Positions 1 to 9,751 of a DNA stretch of 64,000 nucleotides are shown piece by piece. Each line of letters opens with the position of its first letter. Within the stretch, counting starts at the first letter, position 1. The position numbers and the translations under genes are program-made. The DNA is from Acidimicrobiia bacterium (lineage in GTDB: Bacteria > Actinomycetota > Acidimicrobiia > Spongiisociales > Spongiisociaceae): positions 35,766-99,765 of the forward strand of contig JBFGLM010000012.1 of NCBI GenBank assembly GCA_041576165.1. The letters run 5' to 3'. The notes beneath the pieces are model-generated. The model ran no database searches. It was not told the DNA's origin and was given only the letters and a program-made list of their open reading frames with translations.

Positions 1-171
1 AGCCACTCCGACATCGGCCCGGGTGATCGGGTGCTGCACGACAAATGGGGCGAGGGCGTTGTCCGGCAGGTCATCGGCAGCGGCGACAAGGCCGAGGCCG
101 AGGTGGATTTCGAGCACGAGGGCAACAAGCGCCTCTTGCTTGCCTGGGCGCCCCTCAAAAAGGTCGGCTGA
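1..171 (+). CDS. pcrA: ATP-dependent DNA helicase PcrA/UvrD, C-terminal Tudor-like domain (partial, runs off the window start)
   Basis: Frame 1 reads SHSDIGPGDRVLHDKWGEGVV...VDFEHEGNKRLLLAWAPLKKVG*, the typical PcrA C-terminus; lies upstream of sucCD as in other actinobacteria. Confidence 0.85.
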   Translation, partial: SHSDIGPGDRVLHDKWGEGVVRQVIGSGDKAEAEVDFEHEGNKRLLLAWAPLKKVG

Positions 172-208
172 TCGGCTCCCTTGCGCCTCCCGTTCCGAAA
201 CATTGATC

Positions 209-236
209 CGGCCGGTACCGTTGTACGTACCGGCCG
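209..236 (+). terminator. Hairpin downstream of pcrA (possible terminator)
   Basis: Inverted repeat CGGCCGGTAC-N8-GTACCGGCCG; no U-tract. Confidence 0.4.
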
Positions 237-261
237 ATAGCCGACAACCGAAGGGAGCCAC

Positions 262-1374
262 ATGTCCAACCTTCACCGACTGGCCGGGGTCGGTCAGTCG
301 ATCTGGATCGACTCACTTTCCCGCGAGATGCTGCGGACCGGTCAGCTCCAGCAGCACATCGACCGGAATGCGGTCACCGGCGTCACCTCCAACCCCACCA
401 TCTTCGCCAAGGCAATGCTGTCGGGGGATCACTACGACCAGCAGCTCTCCGAGCTGGTCGACCGGGACGCCGGAACCGACGAGATCTATGCCGCGTTGGT
501 GACCCAGGACATCCAGCGTGCCTGTGATGTGATGCTGCCCATCCACGAGCGGACCGGCGGCGCGGACGGATTTGTGTCCGTCGAAGTTGCGCCCACCTTG
601 GCGCACGACACGGAGGGCACCGTCGCCGAGGCGCGGGAATGGTCCAAGCGCGTGGATCGTCCCAATTTGCTGGTCAAAGTACCTGCGACGGCCGAGGGCG
701 TCGGGGCGGTTCGCCAGCTCATCTCGGAGGGCATCTCCATCAACGTCACGCTGATCTTCTCGCTCGATCGGTATGAGGCGGTGATGGAGGCCTACCTGTC
801 CGGGCTCGAGCAGTATCACCAGACTGGCGGGGAGATCTCCCGGGTTGCCTCGGTCGCGTCCTTTTTCGTTTCTCGCTTCGACTCGGAGGTCGATCCCCGC
901 CTGGAAGAGATCGGCACCGATTCAGCTCTGGCGCTGCGCGGCAAGAGCGCCGTGGCCAACGCTCAGGTTGCCTATTTACGCTTCCTCCGCACGTTCACTA
1001 CCGATCGCTGGCTGGCGTTGGCCGCGAGCGGGGCCCGCGTGCAGCAACCGCTGTGGGCCAGCACCTCGACCAAGAACCCCGACTACTCCGACGTCCTCTA
1101 TGTCGAGAACCTGGCCGTACCGATGACGGTCAACACACTGCCGGAGTCGACCATCGACGCCTACCAGGAACACGGGCCCGAGTATCCCCCAATCCTCGAT
1201 CTGGCGGACATGGCTGCGGCGCGTGAGATATTGGTCGAGCTGAGCCAGGTGGGTGTCGACTACGACGACGTCACGGCTGTGCTCGAGCGGGAGGGCGTCG
1301 ATAAGTTCGCCGCGTCGTTCCAGGAGATGATCGACGACATAGATCGCAAACGCCGGAGCCTGCTGAAAGGCTGA
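262..1374 (+). CDS. tal: Transaldolase
   Basis: QSIWID, GVTSNPTIF, NLLVKVPAT (Schiff-base Lys), INVTLIFS, SFFVSR, LWASTSTKNP. Confidence 0.97.
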   Translation: MSNLHRLAGVGQSIWIDSLSREMLRTGQLQQHIDRNAVTGVTSNPTIFAKAMLSGDHYDQQLSELVDRDAGTDEIYAALVTQDIQRACDVMLPIHERTGGADGFVSVEVAPTLAHDTEGTVAEAREWSKRVDRPNLLVKVPATAEGVGAVRQLISEGISINVTLIFSLDRYEAVMEAYLSGLEQYHQTGGEISRVASVASFFVSRFDSEVDPRLEEIGTDSALALRGKSAVANAQVAYLRFLRTFTTDRWLALAASGARVQQPLWASTSTKNPDYSDVLYVENLAVPMTVNTLPESTIDAYQEHGPEYPPILDLADMAAAREILVELSQVGVDYDDVTAVLEREGVDKFAASFQEMIDDIDRKRRSLLKG

Positions 1375-1458
1375 ATCTGGCCTCGGGCGGTTGTGAGCAG
1401 CGACTTCCACCACATCAGGTGGTGAGCACCTTCCGCCGCGAGCGTGAGGCGTTTGGCG

Positions 1459-1545
1459 TCAATAGGGCGACCTCCACCGAGGTCACGTCATTGAGCGAGC
1501 CCATGACGCCCCGTCGGCCAACAACTCCAGGTATATGTCTTCTAG
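1459..1545 (-). pseudogene. Relic of an ABC ATPase/permease junction
   Basis: Minus strand reads LEDIYLELLADGAS then MGSLNDVTSVEVALL, matching LEDIYFELVDGGEA / MDSLRNMTWLEVKLF of the intact pair near 3400-3492. Confidence 0.55.
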
Positions 1546-1672
1546 CTGGGCACAGAGCAGCTCGAGGAAGCCTTCTACGAGGGCGGCGCCGGGTCGGTGG
1601 GGGCCGTGCCATTGCCCGACCAGCGCCTCGCCGGCGATGTGGAGTCGTATCGCTCAGGAAGAACGAACGCGC

Positions 1673-2521
1673 TCACGTCCGGCGTCGAGCCACCAGCGCC
1701 ACCCCGATCAGGCCAATCAGCCAGCCCGCCGCGGCCAGCATCCCGAACGCCCTGGGCCCCGTGAATGGAAGCCTGGTTGGTGCCACGCCTGTCGTGGTGG
1801 TCGCTGCTGGCGATGTCGTAGTCGATTCCAGCGTTGTCGTCGTGGTCCCCAGCTGTGGGGCCTCGGCCGCCTCGGCGACCATTACGATCTCGAGCGTTAG
1901 TTCTTGGCGCGGTTGGATGCTGAACGCCAGCTCTTGCGCTCTGAAGCCTTCGGCTTGGACCCTGAGCACGTAGTCACCGGTCAATCCGCCGCCATCGTCG
2001 CTCGTGAAGCTGCCGTCCGGGCCGCTCAACCCGATGCCATAGCCAGTAACCACCGGGCCCGACAGGACGAGGTTTGCCGAGGGGATCGGTTCACCGGAGA
2101 CCGAGTCTCGGACGGTGCCTACGACTCTTCCTCCGAGGGCGAGACGCATTTCGATTTCGACTGTCTCTCCGGCACCCAGCACCACGATGTCACGCTCGGC
2201 GTACCCCGATCCGTCGTGATCCTGGTAGTACTCGAGGAGGTATGGATTGACCTCGGGAAAGGCGTAGCTTCCGGCGGCGATCCAGTACCCACCGGGTGGT
2301 AACCCATCAGCAACCAGCACGCCCTCTTCGCTGGATCTCTCCGCGACGTTTACGCCGTTTGCGATCGTGACCGGGACGCCGCCCAGCGGATCACCTGTGA
2401 TGTCATCCGTCAAGGCAACGATCAAAGTGGCGGTGTCCTCGGCGCCCGATTGACCACCGGCCAGCGCAGCTTGGTTGAGGGAGGCGAGCACCACCGCCAG
2501 CACAATCACCGATGTCTGCAT
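1673..2521 (-). CDS. Surface protein with two carboxypeptidase-regulatory-like beta-sandwich domains and an LPxTG sorting signal
   Basis: Signal peptide; two D..TG.P(L/I) repeats; Thr-rich linker; LPFTG + hydrophobic helix + RRRT tail. Confidence 0.8.
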   Translation of the reverse strand: MQTSVIVLAVVLASLNQAALAGGQSGAEDTATLIVALTDDITGDPLGGVPVTIANGVNVAERSSEEGVLVADGLPPGGYWIAAGSYAFPEVNPYLLEYYQDHDGSGYAERDIVVLGAGETVEIEMRLALGGRVVGTVRDSVSGEPIPSANLVLSGPVVTGYGIGLSGPDGSFTSDDGGGLTGDYVLRVQAEGFRAQELAFSIQPRQELTLEIVMVAEAAEAPQLGTTTTTLESTTTSPAATTTTGVAPTRLPFTGPRAFGMLAAAGWLIGLIGVALVARRRT

Positions 2522-2695
2522 GCGTGGTCCTCTGCCATCACCACCCTCGTACAGGGACGCCGGCCTACCCAGTGCCCAAGGTCCCTCATCCGCACGACCC
2601 CGGGACGCCGCTGAGTTGTCACGAACTCCGACATCCGCTGCGTCGAGAATCTGGCTGGACGCTCAATGGGGCGTGGGCCCGGGGTCGGACTTCTG

Positions 2696-3451
2696 TCATT
2701 GCCAGCGGTAGGCCTTCCACGCGGCTGCGCCACAGGCCACGGCGATGGCCGCCGCTACCGCGGACTGGGCGCCGGCCCACCCTCCGGTGAGCCACGGCTC
2801 CTGGAGCAGCTCGATGACCGGTGTCAGTGGGAGCCAGTCGCCGATGATGCGGAGTGAATCCGGCAGTACCTCCGGCGGGGGACCCGCCCCCGACAGGAAC
2901 ATGAATGTGAACCACATCAGCAGCCCGACCGTCTGGGCGGAGCGGGCCGTCGGGAGAACGGTGCCGAGCAGAAGCCCCATTGCGGCGACGGCTCCTGCTC
3001 CCAATCCGTAGGCGGCTATGAAGCCGGCGGGCGAGATCGGAGCGCTCACGTCGGTGAACAGAAACGCCGCGACGAGCAACAATCCGGCACCGGCTGTCGC
3101 TATCAGCAATGTCACGATCAGCTGGCTGGCCAAGACCACACCTCGATGCACTGAGGAAGCGCGGAAGCGGCGCAGTACGCCGAACTCTCGATACTCAACC
3201 ATGTGAACAGGCACGCTGATCAAGGCCACTCCGGCAACCGCCAGCGCAACGTACGCGGGTGTATAGAAGTCGGTTGGTCCGTGCCCGCCGTACACCCGCA
3301 CATCGCTGCTCGTGTCCGGTTGGTTGCCGAAGACTCCGCCCAGTATGTACAGCACCATCAACGGCAACGCGAGCGTGAAGATCACCGTGACGGGTTCTCG
3401 CAGGAACAGCTTCACCTCGAGCCAGGTCATGTTCCGCAGTGAGTCCATCAT
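2696..3451 (-). CDS. ABC-2 type exporter permease
   Basis: EVKLFLREP, YREFGVLRRF, multiple TM helices; ATGA overlap with the ATPase gene. Confidence 0.92.
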   Translation of the reverse strand: MMDSLRNMTWLEVKLFLREPVTVIFTLALPLMVLYILGGVFGNQPDTSSDVRVYGGHGPTDFYTPAYVALAVAGVALISVPVHMVEYREFGVLRRFRASSVHRGVVLASQLIVTLLIATAGAGLLLVAAFLFTDVSAPISPAGFIAAYGLGAGAVAAMGLLLGTVLPTARSAQTVGLLMWFTFMFLSGAGPPPEVLPDSLRIIGDWLPLTPVIELLQEPWLTGGWAGAQSAVAAAIAVACGAAAWKAYRWQ

Positions 3452-4422
3452 GCCTCCCCGCCGTCCACCAACTCGAAGTAGATGTCCTCGAGCCGCGGCC
3501 TGTGCACGACCATGTCGAGCGGGGCCACGCCCTGGTCAACCAGCACCTTGCCGACGTAGGGGACGATCGACGGCGCGCCGAAGACTCGGACAGTTGTGCC
3601 CGAGCGTTCGACGCGACTGACGTGGGGAATGGCGCGCAGGGACCCCAGACTGTTGCGGCCGGCCAGCGAGAACTGCACGACGGTCGGACGCGCGCTCCCC
3701 GCCACCAGCTCGGTGAGTGTCCCGACCGCCGCCACCGCCCCGTCGATGATGATCGCCAGGCGATCACACAATACCTCGGCCTCGTCCATGAAATGGGTCA
3801 CGAGCACGACGGTTGTCCCGCCGGCGCGGACACGGCGGATCAGCTCCCAGGTGGCTCGACGGGCCGCTGGGTCGAGGCCTGTAGTCATCTCGTCGAGGAA
3901 CACGACCTCGGGATCGTTGATCAACGCGAGCGCCACCAGCAACCGTTGGCGCTGACCTCCCGACAGACTCGAGAACGCTGCATTCGCTTTGTCATCGAGT
4001 CCCCACTGGCGCATCACGTCACGCCAAGACGGACCTCGGGGCAGGAGCGACGAGAACAGACGGAGGGCCTCCCAGACTCTCATCCTGCCGGGGAGCGAGG
4101 ACTCCTGCAATTGCGCTCCGATCCGAGGCCGCAGGAGATGCGGGTCAACGCCAGGGTCGACTCCGAGGATCTCGATGGTTCCGCCCGAGCGGACCCGGAG
4201 GCCTTCGATGCATTCGACGGTGGTGGTCTTGCCGGCTCCGTTGGGTCCCAACAGACCAAAGATCTCGCCCCGATGCACGTCGAACGAGATGTCGATCACG
4301 GCCATCAGCGAGCCGTACCGTTTGGCCAGATGCGACACGGAGATGATTGCTTCTGGTTCCGGTTGGGATGCCTCGCCAGTATTGGCGGCGTTGTGCCCGA
4401 GGTCCGGAACGTCGAACGTCAT
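3448..4422 (-). CDS. ABC exporter ATP-binding protein (DrrA-like)
   Basis: GPNGAGKTT, LSGGQRQR, VVFLDE, THFMDEAE. Confidence 0.95.
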   Translation of the reverse strand: MTFDVPDLGHNAANTGEASQPEPEAIISVSHLAKRYGSLMAVIDISFDVHRGEIFGLLGPNGAGKTTTVECIEGLRVRSGGTIEILGVDPGVDPHLLRPRIGAQLQESSLPGRMRVWEALRLFSSLLPRGPSWRDVMRQWGLDDKANAAFSSLSGGQRQRLLVALALINDPEVVFLDEMTTGLDPAARRATWELIRRVRAGGTTVVLVTHFMDEAEVLCDRLAIIIDGAVAAVGTLTELVAGSARPTVVQFSLAGRNSLGSLRAIPHVSRVERSGTTVRVFGAPSIVPYVGKVLVDQGVAPLDMVVHRPRLEDIYFELVDGGEA

Positions 4423-4586
4423 CTTGTCTCCGACCCAACTCGCTCACCCCTGATGAGATCAGCGGAGAGTGCGTCGTGCCAGAGTCGATGGTCCTATGGA
4501 GCGGCTCCCCAGGCGGGCGGTGCTTTCGCTGCGCTGGTGCGGTGCGCAGGCCACGGCTCGACTTGCGAGGCAGTACGCTGCTGACC

Positions 4587-4979
4587 GTGCCGCGACGGAT
4601 CTTGATCGCCAAGCCCGGCCTGGACGGCCATGACCGAGGGGCCAAAGTGGTCGCCCGGGCGCTGCGCGACGCCGGCAACGAAGTCATCTACTCGGGCTTG
4701 TTCCAGACTCCGGAACAGATCGTCGAAACAGCGATCCAGGAAGACGTTGACGCCATCGGTCTCTCGGCGCTGTCCGGTGCCCACATGACTCTCTTTCCTC
4801 AAGTGGTGGCGCAGCTCGAGGCTCGGGGTATCGACGACGTCGTCGTGTTTGGCGGTGGGATCATTCCGGATGAGGAAATCCCGGCGCTCGAAGCTGCTGG
4901 TCTGGCCAAGATCTTCACGCCGGGAGCGCCGCTCAAACAGATCGCCGAGTGGGTTGACGCCCACGTCGCGAACCGATGA
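4587..4979 (+). CDS. Cobalamin-binding subunit of an acyl-CoA mutase (methylmalonyl/isobutyryl-CoA mutase small subunit)
   Basis: AKPGLDGHDRG (DxHxxG), GLSALSGAH, FGGGIIP; GTG start 7 nt after TACGCT. Confidence 0.93.
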   Translation: MPRRILIAKPGLDGHDRGAKVVARALRDAGNEVIYSGLFQTPEQIVETAIQEDVDAIGLSALSGAHMTLFPQVVAQLEARGIDDVVVFGGGIIPDEEIPALEAAGLAKIFTPGAPLKQIAEWVDAHVANR

Positions 4980-5088
4980 ACCGCAGGCCCGGCCGGCCCA
5001 CCGGCTGCGTTGACCGGAGCTGTGGCCCAATGTGGAATTCGGCCGCAGTCTCCTAGACTCGCCGGCGGTCGATCGCGAGGAAAGAGCG

Positions 5089-6237
5089 TTGGATCTCTTC
5101 GAATATCAAGGCAAGCTGTTCTTCGCGTCCTACGGCATTGCGGTTCCACCAGGTGAGGTGGCCGAGACCGTCGAGGGCGCCGTGACCGCCGCAAACCGGA
5201 TCGGTTATCCGGTCGTGCTCAAGGCCCAGGTCCAGGTCGGTGGCCGGGGCAAGGCAGGGGGCATCAAGCTGGCCGTCAACCCGGAGGAGGCGCGGCATCA
5301 CGCCCACAACATCCTGGGTATGGACATCAAGGGCCATACGGTCCACATCCTCTGGATTGAGGCCGCGTCGGACATCGCCGAGGAGTACTACGCCAGCTTC
5401 ACACTCGACCGGGCCAAGAAGCTACACCTCGGAATGCTGTCCGCGCAGGGAGGAGTCGACATCGAGTCGGTCGCAGCCGAGACGCCGGAGGCGATTGCCA
5501 AGATCTGGGTCAATCCCGTCGATGGCCTCACACACGAGGCGGCGCGCGCCTGGGTGGGGGCCGCGCAACTCAACCCGGCTGCAACAGACGGGACCATTGA
5601 CATCCTCGTACGGCTCTACACCGCGTACACCGAGGGCGATGCCGACCTCGTGGAAATCAATCCGCTGATTCTCACCCAAGACGGACGGGTCATTGCCCTC
5701 GACTCGAAGGTCACGCTCGACGGCAACTCGGTCTTCCGCCACCCCGACTACGCCAAGTACGACGAGACCCAGGTGCGCGATGAGCGGGAAAAGGCCGCCC
5801 ACGAACGAGGTCTGCAATATGTGGGTCTCGAGGGCAACGTCGGAGTCATCGCCAACGGGGCCGGGCTGGCAATGAGCACGGTCGACGTCGTCAACCAGGT
5901 CGGCGGCCGGCCCGCCAACTTCCTAGATATCGGTGGAGGGGCGAACGCAGACGTCATGGCTGGCGCCCTCGAGGTGATAAACAACGACCCGGACGTGAAA
6001 TCGATCTTCATCAACATATTCGGCGGGATCACCAAAGGCGAGGAGATCGCAAACGGCATCGTAGAGGCACTCAAGCGGGTCACCATCGGTCCCCCGATCG
6101 TGATCCGGCTGGACGGCACCAACGCCGATCAGGGGCGGGCAATCCTGGAGCCGCATCTGTCCGAAGAGCTGATGATGGAGCGGACGATGCTCGACGCTGC
6201 CCGCAAGGCGGTCGCTCTGGCGGAGGGGGCAACGTGA
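5089..6237 (+). CDS. sucC: Succinyl-CoA synthetase beta subunit
   Basis: DLFEYQGK, KAQVQVGGRGKAGG, NGAGLAMST, PANFLDIGGG; TTG start after GAGG. Confidence 0.97.
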   Translation: MDLFEYQGKLFFASYGIAVPPGEVAETVEGAVTAANRIGYPVVLKAQVQVGGRGKAGGIKLAVNPEEARHHAHNILGMDIKGHTVHILWIEAASDIAEEYYASFTLDRAKKLHLGMLSAQGGVDIESVAAETPEAIAKIWVNPVDGLTHEAARAWVGAAQLNPAATDGTIDILVRLYTAYTEGDADLVEINPLILTQDGRVIALDSKVTLDGNSVFRHPDYAKYDETQVRDEREKAAHERGLQYVGLEGNVGVIANGAGLAMSTVDVVNQVGGRPANFLDIGGGANADVMAGALEVINNDPDVKSIFINIFGGITKGEEIANGIVEALKRVTIGPPIVIRLDGTNADQGRAILEPHLSEELMMERTMLDAARKAVALAEGAT

Positions 6238-7118
6238 GCATCTTCCTGGACGAAAGCACAAAGGTCGTCTATCAGGGGCTCACCGGCACCAGCGGCCGTT
6301 TCTACGGTCTGCGGAACCGCGACTACGGCACCCAGGTGGTGGCCGGTACCCATCCCACGAAAGCTGGAACCGATGTCGAGGGCATCCCGATCTACACCAA
6401 CGTGGGTGAAGCCGTCGCCGCCACCGGCGCCACCGCGTCCTGCGTGTTCATCCCCGCCCCCGGAGTCAAGGACGCGGTGATCGAAGCCGCTCGAGGAGGC
6501 GTCGAACTGATCGTGGTGATCACGGAGGGAGTGCCCGCCCACGACGAGGCCTGGTTCTACAACAAACTCGCGCGAGACCACCCGCACGTGCGCCTGGTCG
6601 GTCCCAACTGCCCGGGGCTGATAAGCCCCGGAAAAGCGAACATCGGAATCACCGCCGATCACATCGCCAAACCGGGCGGGCCGGTCGGGATCGTCAGCCG
6701 CTCCGGCACTCTGACCTATCAGGCTCTGTACGAGCTGAAGCAGAAGGACATCGGCGTCACCACCTGTGTGGGGATCGGTGGCGACCCGGTCCCGGGGACG
6801 ACGTTCATCGATTGCCTGGCCGCTTTCGAGGAGGATCCCGAGACCGAGGCGGTGATGATGATCGGCGAAATCGGCGGCTCAGCCGAAGAGGTAGCCGCCG
6901 GTTTCATCAGCGAGCACATGACCAAACCGGTCGCGGCCTACGTGGCGGGCGTGACGGCGCCACCCGGCAAGAAGATGGGACACGCCGGGGCAATAGTTTC
7001 GGGGGGCAAAGGCACCGCCCAAGCCAAGATGGACGCCCTCCGCGACGCCGGTGCCAAAGTCGGGGAGAACCCGACCGAGGCAGGCGAGCTGATGGCTCAG
7101 ATCGTGGCCAACCTCTGA
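6234..7118 (+). CDS. sucD: Succinyl-CoA synthetase alpha subunit
   Basis: GPNCPG, SRSGTLTY, GIGGDP, MGHAGAI (phospho-His). Confidence 0.97.
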   Translation: MSIFLDESTKVVYQGLTGTSGRFYGLRNRDYGTQVVAGTHPTKAGTDVEGIPIYTNVGEAVAATGATASCVFIPAPGVKDAVIEAARGGVELIVVITEGVPAHDEAWFYNKLARDHPHVRLVGPNCPGLISPGKANIGITADHIAKPGGPVGIVSRSGTLTYQALYELKQKDIGVTTCVGIGGDPVPGTTFIDCLAAFEEDPETEAVMMIGEIGGSAEEVAAGFISEHMTKPVAAYVAGVTAPPGKKMGHAGAIVSGGKGTAQAKMDALRDAGAKVGENPTEAGELMAQIVANL

Positions 7119-7195
7119 GCCGACTGTTCCTCCGATCATGCCACCGTGCCGGAGGCCGGCCGTACGCGCCTCCGCGGGCGGTACGCTGCCCTCGG

Positions 7196-7978
7196 GTGTC
7201 GCATACGCTGAGCATCGGAGACGTCGAAATCGAGTACCGCTGGATTCGGCGCGGGCTGCCCGGCATCCCAATCGTGTTCCTGCACGAAGGCCTCGGTAGC
7301 GTCACTCACTGGAAAGATTTCCCAGACACACTATGTGCGAGGGTCGCGCGCGCGGGCCTGGCATTCAGCCGGGTCGGGTACGGCGCCTCGAGTCCGGTCA
7401 CCTTGCCCCGCAGGCTCGACTACTTCTGGCACGAGGGGGAAGAGATGTTGCCGGCAATCCTCGACGCCACGGGGATCGAACGCGCCATCCTCTTCGGCCA
7501 CTCGGATGGTGCCTCCATTGCCCTCGTCGCCGCGGCGGCCCTCGGCCCACGAGTAGCCGCTCTCATCGTGATATCGGCCCACGTCTTCACCGAGCCGGCC
7601 GGACTCGCCGCGATCCATGACGCAGTCGGCGCATATGAGAGCGGAGATCTGCGTGACCGGCTTGCCCGGCACCACGGAGACGTGGATGGGGCTTTCCACG
7701 GCTGGGCCGGGGCGTGGCTCGATCCGGCTTTTCTGCAGCCCGACCTGACCCACGTCCTGGGTGCTATCACCAGTCCGACCCTGATCCTCCAGGGAACGGC
7801 CGATCCCTACGGAACGGTTGCCCAGAGCGAGGCTATTGCGGTCCACGCCGGCGGACCGGTCAAACGAGTCGACCTGGTCGGGCTGGGTCATTCCCCCCAC
7901 CGGGACGGGCCGGAGACGGTGATCGCTGAGACGGCGCGGTTTCTCGACCGGCACATTGGGCCGTCTAGCGGTGGCTGA
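7196..7978 (+). CDS. Alpha/beta hydrolase
   Basis: FLHEGLGS, GHSDG nucleophile elbow, GHSPH. Confidence 0.9.
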   Translation: MSHTLSIGDVEIEYRWIRRGLPGIPIVFLHEGLGSVTHWKDFPDTLCARVARAGLAFSRVGYGASSPVTLPRRLDYFWHEGEEMLPAILDATGIERAILFGHSDGASIALVAAAALGPRVAALIVISAHVFTEPAGLAAIHDAVGAYESGDLRDRLARHHGDVDGAFHGWAGAWLDPAFLQPDLTHVLGAITSPTLILQGTADPYGTVAQSEAIAVHAGGPVKRVDLVGLGHSPHRDGPETVIAETARFLDRHIGPSSGG

Positions 7979-7985
7979 CCGCGGA

Positions 7986-8456
7986 TCAATCGTCGATCGT
8001 GCGGACCACCCGGGCGGGATTTCCGACCACTATCGACCGGGCCGGCACGTCTTCAGTCACCACGGAGCCGGCACCGACCATGGCCCACTCGCCGATCGAG
8101 ACGCCGGGCAAGATAGTTGAACCGCTTCCGATCGAAGCCCCACGTCCCACCCGGGTGGGCAGCATCTGCCAGTCGTCGTCAGTCTGCATCGAGCCATCGG
8201 GATTGATGGCTCGGGGGAAAGCGTCGTTGGTGAACATGACGCCGTGTCCGACGAAGACGCCGTCGGCGATGTCGACGCCGCTGCAGATGAATGTGTGGCT
8301 CGAGATCTTGCAGTCTTCGCCGACCGACGCTCCCCGCTGGATCTCGACAAACGTGCCGACGCGGGAGCGGGCGCCGATCTTGCATCCGTAGAGATTGACG
8401 AGGTCCGGGTGAAAGGCGAGCGCACCCTCGCCGAGGTCTACGTCATCTGCGATCAC
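7986..8456 (-). CDS. Hexapeptide-repeat sugar N-acetyltransferase (WbpD/WlbB-like)
   Basis: VNLYGCKIG, FVEIQ, CKISSHTFIC, FTND, GAGSVVT, GNPAR. Confidence 0.9.
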   Translation of the reverse strand: MIADDVDLGEGALAFHPDLVNLYGCKIGARSRVGTFVEIQRGASVGEDCKISSHTFICSGVDIADGVFVGHGVMFTNDAFPRAINPDGSMQTDDDWQMLPTRVGRGASIGSGSTILPGVSIGEWAMVGAGSVVTEDVPARSIVVGNPARVVRTIDD

Positions 8457-8636
8457 GAGCTGCTCCTAACACGCTGTGGGCCGCGACGGCCAGAGTTTCG
8501 AAAAATTTTCCGCGCGGACGGATGTTCGGCTATGGTCACATAAAGTCCATTTTGCCTGAAGGGGACCGGAGACTATCCGTCATGCGCTTGCGCCGGGGAC
8601 GGGGTCCGGAGGCCGTGCGCGGGGGGCGGGAAGCGC

Positions 8637-9749
8637 ATGTCGACTGACTCTGCCGCCATTCCATTCCTGAATCTTGCAGCGGCCAATCGTCGCGTTGCGG
8701 CGGAGATCCAGCCGCTCTGGGACGAGATACTCACTGCTGCCAGCTTCATCGGCGGTCGGTTCGTTGCCGATTTCGAACGAGAGTTCGCGGCTTTCACCGA
8801 TTCCGGATTCGCCGTCGGTGTGGCAAACGGCACCGATGCGATCACGCTCGGCCTGCAGGCGCTCGGCGTGGGTGCAGGGGACGAGGTCATCGTTCCGGCG
8901 CATACCTTCGTAGCAACTGCCGAAGCAGTCGCATGGGCCGGCGCCGTCCCCGTTCTCGCGGATGTCAATCGCCTCACCGCCACGATCGACCCGGCGGCGG
9001 TCGCGGCTGCCGTGACGAGCCGCACCCGGGCCGTCGTGCCTGTCCACCTGTACGGCCAGCCGGCCGACATGGCGGGGGTTCGAGCAGTTGCTGCGCGCCA
9101 TGGGCTGGCGATCCTGGAAGACGCGGCGCAGGCGCATGGGGCCACCTACCAGGGCCGGCCGGTCGGGTCTTTGGGGGATGCGGCTGCCTTTTCGTTCTAT
9201 CCCGGCAAGAACCTCGGCGCCTGCGGCGATGCCGGGGCGATCACCACGGATCTCACAGACGTGGCCGCAGCCGCCCGCACCGTCGCCGATCACGGCCAGA
9301 CCGCGAAGCACGACCATCACGTGCTCGGGATGAACAGCCGCCTGGATGCGTTGCAGGCGGCAGCGCTGATCGTCAAGCTGGCACACCTGCCAAAGTGGAA
9401 CCACCGCCGCCAGGAGATTGCGTGCCTGTACGAGGGATTGCTGGCTGGTACCGATGTGACCTTGCCGGCTACGGCGGCGGACCGGACCCACGTCTTCCAT
9501 CTTTACGTGATTCGTCACCCCGAGCGTGACCGGCTGCAGGAAGGGCTCGCCCGCCGTGGAGTAGGGGTGGGCCTCCACTACCCGAAACCGATCCATCTGC
9601 ACCCAGCCTTTGCCCATCTGGGTTATGGACCGGGTGCGTTTCCGGAGGCCGAAGCGTGGGCGGCCGAGTGCCTGTCCTTGCCGATGTGCCCCGAGCTCGA
9701 GGATGGCCAAGTCGAGGCAGTCGTCGACCGTCTGCAGCAGGTTCTGTAA
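8637..9749 (+). CDS. DegT/DnrJ/EryC1/StrS sugar aminotransferase
   Basis: NGTDA, PVHLYGQ, EDAAQAHG, SFYPGKNLG (PLP Lys), NSRLD. Confidence 0.95.
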   Translation: MSTDSAAIPFLNLAAANRRVAAEIQPLWDEILTAASFIGGRFVADFEREFAAFTDSGFAVGVANGTDAITLGLQALGVGAGDEVIVPAHTFVATAEAVAWAGAVPVLADVNRLTATIDPAAVAAAVTSRTRAVVPVHLYGQPADMAGVRAVAARHGLAILEDAAQAHGATYQGRPVGSLGDAAAFSFYPGKNLGACGDAGAITTDLTDVAAAARTVADHGQTAKHDHHVLGMNSRLDALQAAALIVKLAHLPKWNHRRQEIACLYEGLLAGTDVTLPATAADRTHVFHLYVIRHPERDRLQEGLARRGVGVGLHYPKPIHLHPAFAHLGYGPGAFPEAEAWAAECLSLPMCPELEDGQVEAVVDRLQQVL

Positions 9750-9751
9750 CC

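Noticed and set aside
6812-7195. Long N-terminal extensions in the ORF track (also 4347, 12278, 18979, 53385, 60886)
   Set aside because: Arg/Pro-rich, mostly overlapping upstream genes; downstream starts fit coupling, RBS or -10 signals, so these are not fusions
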